A stretch of DNA of 64,000 nt, from assembly GCA_016182555.1 (NCBI GenBank), contig JACPGJ010000008.1:28272-92271 (forward strand), written 5' to 3'. The notes beneath the pieces are model-generated. The model was given only the letters and a program-made list of their open reading frames with translations, was not told where the DNA came from and did not search any database. This DNA comes from Candidatus Kerfeldbacteria bacterium (GTDB lineage Bacteria > Patescibacteriota > Patescibacteriia > UBA9570 > XYC2-FULL-38-9). Of this stretch, positions 38,390 through 47,943 are shown one piece after another; the first letter of the stretch is position 1; the number at the start of each line of letters is the position of its first letter. The position numbers and the translations under genes were made by a program.

Positions 38390-38418
38390 TTGACAGATAC
38401 AGCGAAGTATCCTATCAT
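38390..38418 (+). promoter_or_regulatory. candidate sigma70 promoter for greA (-35 TTGACA 38390-38395, 17-nt spacer, -10 TATCAT 38413-38418); SD-like AGAAGG upstream of ATG 38463
   Basis: Hexamers and spacing read from the sequence in a 130-nt intergenic spacer. Confidence 0.4.
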
Positions 38419-38462
38419 ATCTTCTAAATCTCTAAAAAGTTAATGGGTATTCCCAGAAGGCA

Positions 38463-38927
38463 ATGACGAAGAAAACGTTTATTACAAAAGCGGGGCTGCA
38501 AAAAATTCAAGACGAATTACAAGAACTCAAAACAACGAAGCGCAAAGAAATTGCTAACCGTATTCAGGAGGCAAAGGAATTAGGAGATCTTTCCGAAAAC
38601 GCTGAATATATTGAGGCAAAAGAAGAGCAGGGTTTTGTAGAAAGCCGTATTATTGAGTTAGAACAAATGCTCAAAAACACCGAACTGATCGCCCCAAGCA
38701 AAAAAATTCAAGGCGTGCAGATTGGTTCTACGATTACGATTACCGGCCCAGGTGACATAAAAATGACCTACACGATTGTGGGTTCTTCTGAAGCCGATCC
38801 AAAAGGAAACTTCATTTCCAATGAATCACCACTCGGAGCGGCATTTTTAGGGCGGGATGCCGGTGATGATGTGACCGTACGCACACCAAATGGGGAAGTG
38901 AGTTATACGATCGTTTCAGTTGAATAA
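38463..38927 (+). CDS. greA: transcription elongation factor GreA
   Basis: 154 aa with an N-terminal coiled coil (acidic tip LGDLSENAEY) and a C-terminal FKBP-like domain. Confidence 0.9.
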   Translation: MTKKTFITKAGLQKIQDELQELKTTKRKEIANRIQEAKELGDLSENAEYIEAKEEQGFVESRIIELEQMLKNTELIAPSKKIQGVQIGSTITITGPGDIKMTYTIVGSSEADPKGNFISNESPLGAAFLGRDAGDDVTVRTPNGEVSYTIVSVE

Positions 38928-38986
38928 TTTATCATTTTCCGCTAGAGTAACAGGGTGAATACTACACCCTGTTATTTATTTTACTT

Positions 38987-41083
38987 ATGTCACAAAATCA
39001 CGCTTCACCAATTGACGAATATCAACAACGTATAGCGAAGATGCAAGAACTGCGCGACCTTCAGATTGATCCTTACCCGGCTCAATCTGATCGAACGAGT
39101 ACGGTTGCGCAATTTTTGGAAACATTTGAACTCTTAGCAGCAGAACAGCGTACACAAACATTGACTGGCCGAATTCGATTAAAACGGGAACATGGTAAAT
39201 TAACCTTTGCTCACCTCCAAGACGCAAGTGGAAAAATTCAATTGGTGTTTTCTCAAGCTGAGCTTGGTGAAGATGCCTATGCACAGATGAATCGATTTTT
39301 TGATGTGGCTGATATTATTCAAATTACCGGAACACCTTTCCTGACCAAAAAAGGGGAACAATCAATCTTGGTCACGCAACCACCGCTGATGTTGGCAAAA
39401 GCCTTGCGCCCGTTACCAGAGAAGTGGAAAGGGATTCAAGATGAAGAAACACGTTTCCGCAAACGATACCTGGATATGGTCATGAACCCAGAATTGCGCG
39501 AAATGTTCGTGAAGAAAAGCCTTTTTTGGAATGCCATGCGTACATTTCTTATTGATGAAGGGTTTTTAGAAATTGAAACACCGATATTAGAATCGACACC
39601 TGGTGGCGCTGATGCTGAGCCATTTATTACACATCATAACGCACTGGGTATTGATTTATTTTTGCGCATTTCCGTTGGCGAGTTGTGGCAAAAACGGTTA
39701 ATGGTGGCGGGGTTTGAAAAAACATTCGAAATTGGTCGTGTATTTCGCAATGAGGGTATGAGTCCTGAACATTTACAAGATTATACAGCCATGGAGTTTT
39801 ATTGGGCATATGCGGATTATAACGATAGCATGAAGCTCGTGGAGCGTATGTACAAACATTGTATTATGGCGACATTTGGCACATTGCAATTTTCTATTCG
39901 TGGATTTCATATCAATTTTGATACAGAATGGGGCCACATCGATTATGCACAAACAATTCAGGAGCAATTAGATATTGATATTCTTGCTGCCAGTGATGAT
40001 GAAATTGCTGCGAAAGCAAGAACCATTGGTATGACGGTGGAAGAACATGCTAACCGTGCCCGGTTAGTAGATTCATTATGGAAATATTGTCGTAAATCGA
40101 TTGCTGGGCCGGTTTTTTTGGTGAATCATCCAGTAGATGTGTCACCACTCGCCAAACGAAAAGGCAGCGATGCACGTTTGGTGGAGCGATATCAAATTAT
40201 TATTGCTGGGAGCGAACAAGGAAATGGCTATTCCGAATTAAATGACCCCATGGACCAACGAGCACGTTTTGAAGAGCAAGCAAAACTGCGTGAAGCGGGC
40301 GATACTGAAGCACAAATGCATGATGAAGATTTCGTTGAAGCACTGGAGCATGGGATGCCGCCAACTACCGGCTTTGGTGTGAGTGAACGATTATTTTCCT
40401 TCTTAATGGATAAACCCATTCGTGAATGTGTAATGTTTCCGCTCTTGCGGCCAAAACAACCCGCAATGGTTGATTCGCCTGATACCATAACGTCCGCTAC
40501 GGAATCATCAGATTATTCATTGCAATCATTTGAAGCCGGTATATCAAGAGAACATGCACGAATGTGGCTTTTTCAAGAAGTGAAAGATGAAAATTTACGA
40601 CGTCACATGTTGGCTACGGAAGCGCTGATGAAAGCTCTTGCGCGTCATTTTGGAGCAGCTTCTCCAGAGAGTTGGGGAATAGCCGGGCTCTTGCATGATA
40701 TTGATTGGGAAAAAACATCTATGGATCAACATGGTCTTGTGGGCGCGGAAATGGCAAAAGAAAAAAATATTCATCCACTTATTGTTGACGCCATTCGTGA
40801 ACATAATTATCACCACAAGCTTGAACCAAAAACGCTGTTGTCAAAAGCGATGATGTGTTTAGAGCAGTTGACTGGTCTGATTTCTGCAGCCACATTTGTT
40901 CAGCCAGATAAAAATGTTCATTCAGTCAAGTTAAGTAGCGTGAAGAAAAAATTTAAAGATAAAGGCTTTGCCAAAGGGGTCGACCGAACAATGATTGCAA
41001 AATGTGAAGAACTCCTTGGCCTTTCACTTGATCAATCCATTGAAATCTGTTTAAAAGCCATGCAAGATTCGCCACAAGAATGA
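38987..41083 (+). CDS. lysS: lysine--tRNA ligase (class II) fused to a C-terminal HD-domain (YqeK/HDIG-like)
   Basis: 698 aa. Residues 1 to about 495 are a complete LysRS (OB fold, motifs 1-3, FRNEG, GGADA, PPTTGFGVSERL). Residues about 520-690 carry an HD-domain signature (RRHMLATEALMKALARHFG ... GLLHDIDWEK ... EHNYHH). Confidence 0.8.
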   Translation: MSQNHASPIDEYQQRIAKMQELRDLQIDPYPAQSDRTSTVAQFLETFELLAAEQRTQTLTGRIRLKREHGKLTFAHLQDASGKIQLVFSQAELGEDAYAQMNRFFDVADIIQITGTPFLTKKGEQSILVTQPPLMLAKALRPLPEKWKGIQDEETRFRKRYLDMVMNPELREMFVKKSLFWNAMRTFLIDEGFLEIETPILESTPGGADAEPFITHHNALGIDLFLRISVGELWQKRLMVAGFEKTFEIGRVFRNEGMSPEHLQDYTAMEFYWAYADYNDSMKLVERMYKHCIMATFGTLQFSIRGFHINFDTEWGHIDYAQTIQEQLDIDILAASDDEIAAKARTIGMTVEEHANRARLVDSLWKYCRKSIAGPVFLVNHPVDVSPLAKRKGSDARLVERYQIIIAGSEQGNGYSELNDPMDQRARFEEQAKLREAGDTEAQMHDEDFVEALEHGMPPTTGFGVSERLFSFLMDKPIRECVMFPLLRPKQPAMVDSPDTITSATESSDYSLQSFEAGISREHARMWLFQEVKDENLRRHMLATEALMKALARHFGAASPESWGIAGLLHDIDWEKTSMDQHGLVGAEMAKEKNIHPLIVDAIREHNYHHKLEPKTLLSKAMMCLEQLTGLISAATFVQPDKNVHSVKLSSVKKKFKDKGFAKGVDRTMIAKCEELLGLSLDQSIEICLKAMQDSPQE

Positions 41084-41108
41084 ATAATACGTAAAAAAAA
41101 TAACCTCT

Positions 41109-42380
41109 ATGCTAGACATTCAATACATTCGACAATACCCTGAACTTGTTCAACAAAACGCCGATAAACGTGGTGTGAAAGTGAATATGCAATTGCTTCT
41201 TCACCGTGATGAAGCATTGCGCAATCGAACCCAAGAGCTGGATACGTTACGCGCTGATCGCAATAGCATTGCTGCGCAAATGCAACAAACGGGAGGCAAA
41301 AATGTTGAGCTGATTGAACAAGGGAAATTAGTAAAAGTAAAAATTGCTGAAATTGAACAAGAAGTAGAACGGCTACGTGAAGAATTCCAAGCGCTCATGA
41401 TGCAGGTGCCCAATATGACGCATCCAGATTCACCGATTGGAAAAAATGATCTTGAAAATGTCGAAATTCGGCGGTTTCAAGAGCCCACTGAGTTTTCTTT
41501 TCCTCCAAAAGATCACGTGGAGCTCGGGAAGTCATTGGATCTTATCGATTTTGAACGTGGTGCCGATGTGGCAGGAAAGGGGTTTTACTATTTGAAAAAT
41601 GAAGCGGTATTACTCGAATTGGCACTGGTGAATTACGCTATGGATACCTGTATGGCTGAAGGATTTATGCCGATGATGACGCCAGACCTCGCGTATTCGC
41701 ACGTACTCGCGGGAACAGGCTTTGCTCCGCGGGGCCCGGAAACACAAATTTATAATCTTGAAAATACCAATTTATCTCTTATTGCGACCGCAGAAATTGG
41801 AGTTGCTGGCTATTATCAGAATCATCTTTTTGCAGCAGGTGAACTAGACCAACCGCTCAAAATTGTCGCTTTATCTCATTGTTTTCGCACAGAAGCAGGT
41901 TCGTATGGTCGAGAATCACGTGGTTTGTATCGCGTGCACCAATTTACGAAAGTGGAAATGTTTATCTATAGCAAGCCAGAAGATTCAGAAGCTATGCATC
42001 AGCATCTTTTGGAAGTAGAGGAAAAAATTATGCAACACTTAGAAATACCATATCGTGTCGTCGATATTTGTACCGGAGATTTAGGTGGAGCAGCTTATCG
42101 CAAATATGATGTAGAAGCCTGGATGCCATTTAAGCAAGATTGGGGAGAGGTCACTTCGACATCAAATTGTACGGATTATCAAGCTCGTCGATTGAATATT
42201 AAATATGTAAATGCGGAAGGAAAGAAAGAATATGTGCATACACTCAATGGCACCGCTATTGCGTTGTCTCGAACACCCATTGCTGTTTTAGAAAATTTTC
42301 AACAAGCGGATGGTTCGATTAAAATACCTCAAGTATTGCACCCATATATGTTTGGGAAAACCATGATCAATCGCCGTTAA
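41109..42380 (+). CDS. serS: serine--tRNA ligase
   Basis: 423 aa with an N-terminal coiled-coil arm and a class II core (FRTEAGSYGRESRGLYRVHQF). Confidence 0.9.
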   Translation: MLDIQYIRQYPELVQQNADKRGVKVNMQLLLHRDEALRNRTQELDTLRADRNSIAAQMQQTGGKNVELIEQGKLVKVKIAEIEQEVERLREEFQALMMQVPNMTHPDSPIGKNDLENVEIRRFQEPTEFSFPPKDHVELGKSLDLIDFERGADVAGKGFYYLKNEAVLLELALVNYAMDTCMAEGFMPMMTPDLAYSHVLAGTGFAPRGPETQIYNLENTNLSLIATAEIGVAGYYQNHLFAAGELDQPLKIVALSHCFRTEAGSYGRESRGLYRVHQFTKVEMFIYSKPEDSEAMHQHLLEVEEKIMQHLEIPYRVVDICTGDLGGAAYRKYDVEAWMPFKQDWGEVTSTSNCTDYQARRLNIKYVNAEGKKEYVHTLNGTAIALSRTPIAVLENFQQADGSIKIPQVLHPYMFGKTMINRR

Positions 42381-43105
42381 CGACGTGCTTCCCAAGGAGT
42401 TTCATTTGAGCGTTTGAACACGCATTGAGAAAGCCAGTTAGTAAACCACGACCAGAGTAAACAGCCCCACCCATCGCGATGGATGCGCCTTCCGGACATC
42501 CGCATCGGATATTTCATCCAGACGCGAGTTTTTCCTAAACGAGTAAGACGGTGAAAAATATCCCAATCTTCTGAGGTGTAGAGTGCTGGGTTATAGCCAT
42601 TGATCTCTTCAAAAGAAGCGCGACGAATAATTTGACAATCTCCACCAGCACCACCAAGCCCGATCATGTTGACGAAGTACATATTCGCATTCACCACGCC
42701 AAACCAAAAACGGTCAATAACCCGCTCTTCTTCTGGATAGAGCCGTGAAGGGAGAGCCACAGCAATTAATTTTTTTTGCTGAGCAAATTGTTGCTTTACC
42801 AAAGAGAGTACCGCATTCAGGTGCGGAATCAATACGTCAGCATCAGTAAAGAAAAGAACATCCCCAGTAGCGACGCGAGCGCCACGGTTGCGACACTCGC
42901 CAATACTGGAACGCTCTGATTCTGTAATAGAGAGCACTGTATCTGCCAACGGCGCAGCTATTTTCGTGGTCATATCACTACTACCATTATCAGAAATAAT
43001 AATTTCACAATCTGTGCCACGAAACGGTTGCCACTGTTCGAGAGTTTTCCTTATACGTTTTTCTTCATTATATGTGGGAATGATGACAGATATTTTCATA
43101 CGCAT
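42377..43105 (-). CDS. glycosyltransferase family 2 (last gene of the minus-strand operon)
   Basis: Start chosen at the ATG encoding MRMKISVIIPTYNEE (43105), 10 nt after the upstream stop. DNGSSD ... FTDADV (DxD). Confidence 0.7.
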   Translation of the reverse strand: MRMKISVIIPTYNEEKRIRKTLEQWQPFRGTDCEIIISDNGSSDMTTKIAAPLADTVLSITESERSSIGECRNRGARVATGDVLFFTDADVLIPHLNAVLSLVKQQFAQQKKLIAVALPSRLYPEEERVIDRFWFGVVNANMYFVNMIGLGGAGGDCQIIRRASFEEINGYNPALYTSEDWDIFHRLTRLGKTRVWMKYPMRMSGRRIHRDGWGCLLWSWFTNWLSQCVFKRSNETPWEARR

Positions 43106-43115
43106 GATATGGAGA

Positions 43116-44165
43116 TTACCAAAAACCTCTTTTAATACGGCGCGCAGTTTCAATAATGCGAGTAAGATAATATTTCGACCGAATAGGATAATCCTGACAA
43201 GGAAGTAAATCAATACGCTCTCCACCAAAACCGGTTTTGAATGTCGTCACGCCGGCAAACGGATGTGGCCGTCGGGTGATACGCGAACGCATTTTATTCT
43301 CTGGTACAATACCCCAAAAATTATAGGCAAGACACCCACGTCGCTTTGCTTCACGTATTGCTTCCCATTGTAATAGATACGACGCTGGAATTTTTTGAAA
43401 TTCACTTAATGAGGCCCCATGATGATACGAAGCCATATCGCCGTAAAACATGATCATGGCTGCGGCAATCACTTTCCCTTCATATTCTGCTAAAAACATG
43501 GCGACTTGATCAGCTTTGACAAATGCACGAAATTGAGCACGAAAAAAATCGTCTTTATAGGGAACAAAACCGTGCCGTTCAACAGTGCTTTTGTGAATGC
43601 GAATGAAATGTTCAACATCGTCTGGATTTTTACTCATCCGAATCGTAACGCCATCACGAGTAGCACGACGAATAAGATTACGCATCGTTTTTCGCATCCC
43701 AACAAGTAGCGTATCTTCTGCTGGTGTAATATCCAACCACCATACATGTTCAGCAAGCATGTGCAATGGAGCACGCCGCCAACCTGCACGATAATACAAC
43801 GCACGATTATCTTTTGCGTCAACAATAAAGGGAGACGAGCGGATGAAGTCGATATTCAGCTCTTTTGCTTTTTTCACGACATACTGTGTAAGCTCGGGTA
43901 CATACTGCCATTTATGCATCTGAAATACTGGACCATAGGGAAGATAAAAAAAATGTCCACGCTTTGCGCGCACAATGACCACAAAAGCCACGCCAATGAG
44001 TATGTTATCTTCTTTCACTCCAATGAGGAGTGATGATTCGCCAACCGTTTCGTGGACCTCGCGCATATACCACGATTGTAAAAATGGCGGCCGAGGAAAA
44101 CCCAATAAAAAATTTTCCCATTCTTCCTGGTTGATCTTTTCAGTGATGACAAGATTAGCGTTCAT
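43116..44165 (-). CDS. FemAB-family aminoacyl/peptidyl transferase (FemX-like)
   Basis: 349 aa with an N-terminal LPYGPV, two GNAT-like halves, and a C-terminal FKTGFGG typical of FemABX. It overlaps the upstream gene by 11 nt. Confidence 0.6.
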   Translation of the reverse strand: MNANLVITEKINQEEWENFLLGFPRPPFLQSWYMREVHETVGESSLLIGVKEDNILIGVAFVVIVRAKRGHFFYLPYGPVFQMHKWQYVPELTQYVVKKAKELNIDFIRSSPFIVDAKDNRALYYRAGWRRAPLHMLAEHVWWLDITPAEDTLLVGMRKTMRNLIRRATRDGVTIRMSKNPDDVEHFIRIHKSTVERHGFVPYKDDFFRAQFRAFVKADQVAMFLAEYEGKVIAAAMIMFYGDMASYHHGASLSEFQKIPASYLLQWEAIREAKRRGCLAYNFWGIVPENKMRSRITRRPHPFAGVTTFKTGFGGERIDLLPCQDYPIRSKYYLTRIIETARRIKRGFW

Positions 44166-45420
44166 GGAGGATCTGAATGATATGTTGGCTTATATTCTCC
44201 GCTTGCTGTTTGCTCGTTTGAATGGAGGTGGGTAAATTCACTACACGCCGAGCTGTTTCTTCTGCGTTGGGGCAACTTCCGTTTGTATACTGTGCTGCGG
44301 TCAGCGAGGCATCTTTTGGATCAATAACGTGCCGATACCAGTCTCCGAGGAGTATGCCTTCTTTTCGCATTTTTTTCAAGAGTATTTCCGCTTGTGCAGG
44401 TGAAACTTGTATTGGAAAGCGTAAAAATATGGGTTCGTCGCTTTCTCGTATAGTGGGAAGTTGAATTTCTTTCTGTTTTGCAAATGCGGCCTGGTACATG
44501 TCGGCGAGTTTTTTCCGGTGCGTATTTTTTATCTCTAAATCACTATATTGTTGCAAAGCCCATTCCGCAATAACATTGGGTAAACGAAAACCATGCAATT
44601 GTTGTCCCTGTTTTTCTTCTGTTTCTAATACTAATGGCCACAAATGCAATGAGCGTGTTCCTTCGATCAATAATTTTCCGAGTGAAAAAAAATAGTAAAA
44701 CTGTTTTGCCACGGCAAAAATTAATGGGTGGAGTAATCGCTTTTTTACCCATAATCGAGAGGGGAGAGATAACCCATCAACATAAGCGCGAACGCCTTGA
44801 GCTATATCTGTATTATGAGTGATCGCCAACCCACCAGAAACAGAAGAGATGACCTTATCGCGGCCAAAAGAAAACATTGCGGCATCACCAAATGTGCCAA
44901 CGAGTTTTCCATTCACGGCAGCGCCCAAGGCATGGGCACAATCTTCAATCAAGAGAACACCATGTAAACGGCAGAGTGCCTGTATGCGCTCAATATCTGC
45001 TGGAATACCAAAGGTGTGTTGCACAATCACTGCACGAATATGTTGTTCATGACGGAGGATGGTTTCTAGGGAATCGACATCAATATTATACGAATCATCA
45101 ATATCTACATATCGTGGTTTGCCGCCAGCCGCAATAATGGTATTCGGTACAGAGATACAGGTAAAGGATTGTAATATCACCTTATCGTCGGGACGCAATT
45201 TGAGAGCGTCCATAAGCGCATATAATGCGGTACGACCAGCATCAAAAGCAATGGCGTGCGGCATGCCATAATCTTCTTTAAAACGTTTTTCCAACGCAAA
45301 TACGGCTGTTCCGCGCATCCATCGAAGCCAATGCCACGGATAAAAAATGCGACTCAACACAAATTGAATATCACGCTTAGTCACATTCGGAGAGATGTTT
45401 GATGAAATAGGTGTGCGCAT
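44155..45420 (-). CDS. DegT/DnrJ/EryC1/StrS-family PLP-dependent sugar aminotransferase
   Basis: AIAFDAGRTALYAL ... DCAHALGA ... SFGRDKVISSVSGG (the PLP lysine region). The start is uncertain among 45498, 45471 and 45420; 45420 avoids overlap with the MurF-like gene. Confidence 0.75.
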   Translation of the reverse strand: MRTPISSNISPNVTKRDIQFVLSRIFYPWHWLRWMRGTAVFALEKRFKEDYGMPHAIAFDAGRTALYALMDALKLRPDDKVILQSFTCISVPNTIIAAGGKPRYVDIDDSYNIDVDSLETILRHEQHIRAVIVQHTFGIPADIERIQALCRLHGVLLIEDCAHALGAAVNGKLVGTFGDAAMFSFGRDKVISSVSGGLAITHNTDIAQGVRAYVDGLSLPSRLWVKKRLLHPLIFAVAKQFYYFFSLGKLLIEGTRSLHLWPLVLETEEKQGQQLHGFRLPNVIAEWALQQYSDLEIKNTHRKKLADMYQAAFAKQKEIQLPTIRESDEPIFLRFPIQVSPAQAEILLKKMRKEGILLGDWYRHVIDPKDASLTAAQYTNGSCPNAEETARRVVNLPTSIQTSKQQAENISQHIIQILHER

Positions 45421-45436
45421 ATTTTTTTCAGGCGAG

Positions 45437-47026
45437 TTATCTCGTAGCCATATACTCTCGTAGCAACCCATGAATTCTTCCTTCAATGAGTACCGCATCC
45501 CTATCTGTTATTGTAGAGAGGTGGTGTTTTATCATGCGAGATGGGCGATCGTCAATAATGATCTGTTCTCGAGCCATCCCTCCTGCAAGCGCTCCACGCA
45601 ATAAGGTTTGGGCAAAATCTTTTTTGGTAATATAGAGTGTATCCGCGACAGCACCAATCGCACGACCAATTTCTTCATGTTTTGCATCAGACTGCTGTCC
45701 CAATTCTTGCATGCCAGGAGTCAGCACTATTTTTTTCTTACCCGTATAGACTTGTAAATAGCGAAGGGCCGCTATAAATCCATCTGGGTTAGCATTATAT
45801 CCATCGTCAATGACCGTCGCGTGATTTTTACCAAGCGATACATCCATTGTTCCTGGTATCGTTTGTAATGTATTCATGCCATGAACAATCTGTTGCATGG
45901 TGAGACCAAGATGATCAGCAACGGTAACAGCAGCGAGGATAGCAGGAATGACCTGCGCACCAAACAATCGAACGGTGACCGGCGTAGAAACGTTTCCAAT
46001 ATGCAGAACAAATTGTATATGCCGTGGAAATACATGAATATCAGTGGCATAAACGTGCGCAATATCTTGTACCGAAAAAAATTTTTTCTTCGCATGAGTG
46101 CGATCAGCAACCGCCAAGCAATGGGGATTGTCACGGTTAATCACTGCAAGGCCCGAGCTTGGTAGTGCTTCCAATAATTCAGCTTTCGTATTTTTTGTTG
46201 TTTCAATATCACGAAAAAATGCAAGATGCTGTTCGTTAATAGCGGTGAGTATACCAATAATCGGCGAAACTAATTCGCAAGTTGAACGAATGTCGCCAGG
46301 AATATACGCTCCCATTTCGGCAATAAACACCTCGTGTTGTGGTTTCAGTTGGTGAAGTATGGTTTGTGCCACACCGATATCAACATTCACATTTTTTGAG
46401 GTGGCGAGAACAGAGAATTTTTCTGAGAGAATCGTTTTTAAAAATTCTTTTGTTGAAGATTTTCCATAACTACCAGTAATGCCAATGACAATAGGATTGA
46501 CGTGTCGTATTTTTTCTTTAGCGCGTCGAATCACTCGCTGTTTTTCCCGGTGCGTCATCGGTTCAAAACTGATAATAAACGCACTCACGAGAATTGGAAC
46601 GAGCATCACCGCAACCACCAATACGAAAAACATCGTATTATTGGTATAAAAAATAAACCCAGGGATACTATTCAAAACACATAGTATACTCATCATCAGT
46701 AGTATTTTTGCGGTAAATTTTGGTCGCCAACGTTTTCGCAACCAATCAACAATTTCTCCAATAGCGAGAAGAGAGAAATACAAAACGGCATGTGAAGGAA
46801 AAATGAATGCGATAATGAGTATAAGAAACTCTACAAAAAATATCCAAGAGAAAATCGTTCGCTTGCCTGAACGTGTGTGCAAAAAATCACGCATGCGATC
46901 ACGTCGATACTCTTTTAATTGCCAAATGTAAAACCAAAAAAGCATTTTGGTACCAATAATCGCACACCACAAAATAAAAATCATCAGTATAAATAATTGA
47001 TGAGAATACGTATTGAATATATCCAT
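45437..47026 (-). CDS. MurF-like Mur-ligase with an N-terminal ~170-aa polytopic membrane domain
   Basis: 529 aa with about four N-terminal TM helices. The soluble part has Mur-ligase P-loop IGITGSYGKSSTKE and a MurF-type DDGYNANP motif. Confidence 0.75.
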   Translation of the reverse strand: MDIFNTYSHQLFILMIFILWCAIIGTKMLFWFYIWQLKEYRRDRMRDFLHTRSGKRTIFSWIFFVEFLILIIAFIFPSHAVLYFSLLAIGEIVDWLRKRWRPKFTAKILLMMSILCVLNSIPGFIFYTNNTMFFVLVVAVMLVPILVSAFIISFEPMTHREKQRVIRRAKEKIRHVNPIVIGITGSYGKSSTKEFLKTILSEKFSVLATSKNVNVDIGVAQTILHQLKPQHEVFIAEMGAYIPGDIRSTCELVSPIIGILTAINEQHLAFFRDIETTKNTKAELLEALPSSGLAVINRDNPHCLAVADRTHAKKKFFSVQDIAHVYATDIHVFPRHIQFVLHIGNVSTPVTVRLFGAQVIPAILAAVTVADHLGLTMQQIVHGMNTLQTIPGTMDVSLGKNHATVIDDGYNANPDGFIAALRYLQVYTGKKKIVLTPGMQELGQQSDAKHEEIGRAIGAVADTLYITKKDFAQTLLRGALAGGMAREQIIIDDRPSRMIKHHLSTITDRDAVLIEGRIHGLLREYMATR

Positions 47027-47028
47027 AT

Positions 47029-47820
47029 TTATTCAGCTAAAAATGCAACAATATCTTCTGCGATCTGCTGTGCATGAGTCGTATGAATGCCATGCCGTCC
47101 ATCTCCAAAAATACGAACATCAGCATGGGGAATTTTATTCTTCATAAATTCACTCTGTTCTACCGGTACATAAGAATCATGCTGGCCCCAAAAAATTTTT
47201 ACCGGTTGAGTAATGGTTTCAAACACCGGAGATAAATCTTCAGCAATGACGTTCTGAAATGTTTGCTTCATCACACCTGATGTATGTAAATAATCATGAC
47301 CACCAATTAACATGTACCCCCATTTTTTGACTGTAGGGAATAACCGGTTAAGTAGGGGCAGTTCAAAAATGACTTTCATTGCAGTCGCTAAGCGAGTAAT
47401 GACCCCAATACGTTTTTCATGATTACGAATGCCAGCCGGAGCAATATAGACTACGCGACGAACACGATTCGGATGTTCATACAATAATTTTGTCGTGACA
47501 CGCCCGCCAAAAGAGTGGCTCACAAGAATAACCTGTTTAATGTGAAGAACGTCTAAATATTTTACGACGCATTCAGCATACGCATGAACATTCCAGGGTT
47601 GGGTAGGAGCAGGGGAGCGACCAAAGCCTGGAAAATCTATCGCAATAAGACGCCGTGCAATCTGCCCATTAATGAGTTCCTGCCAGAGCGCCTGGAATGA
47701 CATCGCCGATCCACCCCACCCATGAAGAAATAAGATAGGAATAGCCTCGTTGTTTGCTTCAAATTCAATGTAAGAGACGATTTGATGGTTCAATGTTAGC
47801 TGTTTTCTTGTGCCAATCAT
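47029..47820 (-). CDS. alpha/beta-fold hydrolase (first gene of the minus-strand operon)
   Basis: HGWGGS oxyanion region and a nucleophile elbow VSHSFGG. ATG at 47820 is preferred over the GTG at 47844. The stop lies 2 nt before the MurF-like start. Confidence 0.7.
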   Translation of the reverse strand: MIGTRKQLTLNHQIVSYIEFEANNEAIPILFLHGWGGSAMSFQALWQELINGQIARRLIAIDFPGFGRSPAPTQPWNVHAYAECVVKYLDVLHIKQVILVSHSFGGRVTTKLLYEHPNRVRRVVYIAPAGIRNHEKRIGVITRLATAMKVIFELPLLNRLFPTVKKWGYMLIGGHDYLHTSGVMKQTFQNVIAEDLSPVFETITQPVKIFWGQHDSYVPVEQSEFMKNKIPHADVRIFGDGRHGIHTTHAQQIAEDIVAFLAE

Positions 47821-47943
47821 ATGTGTATTATAGCGAATATTCACCTATAGCACCAATTCTTCGAGAGCTTCGTTTGGCTTCGCAAAGCCGTGCTCTCTCC
47901 AGAATTGCTGCTCCGGCAAATATACAGTAAAATACTATATGAT

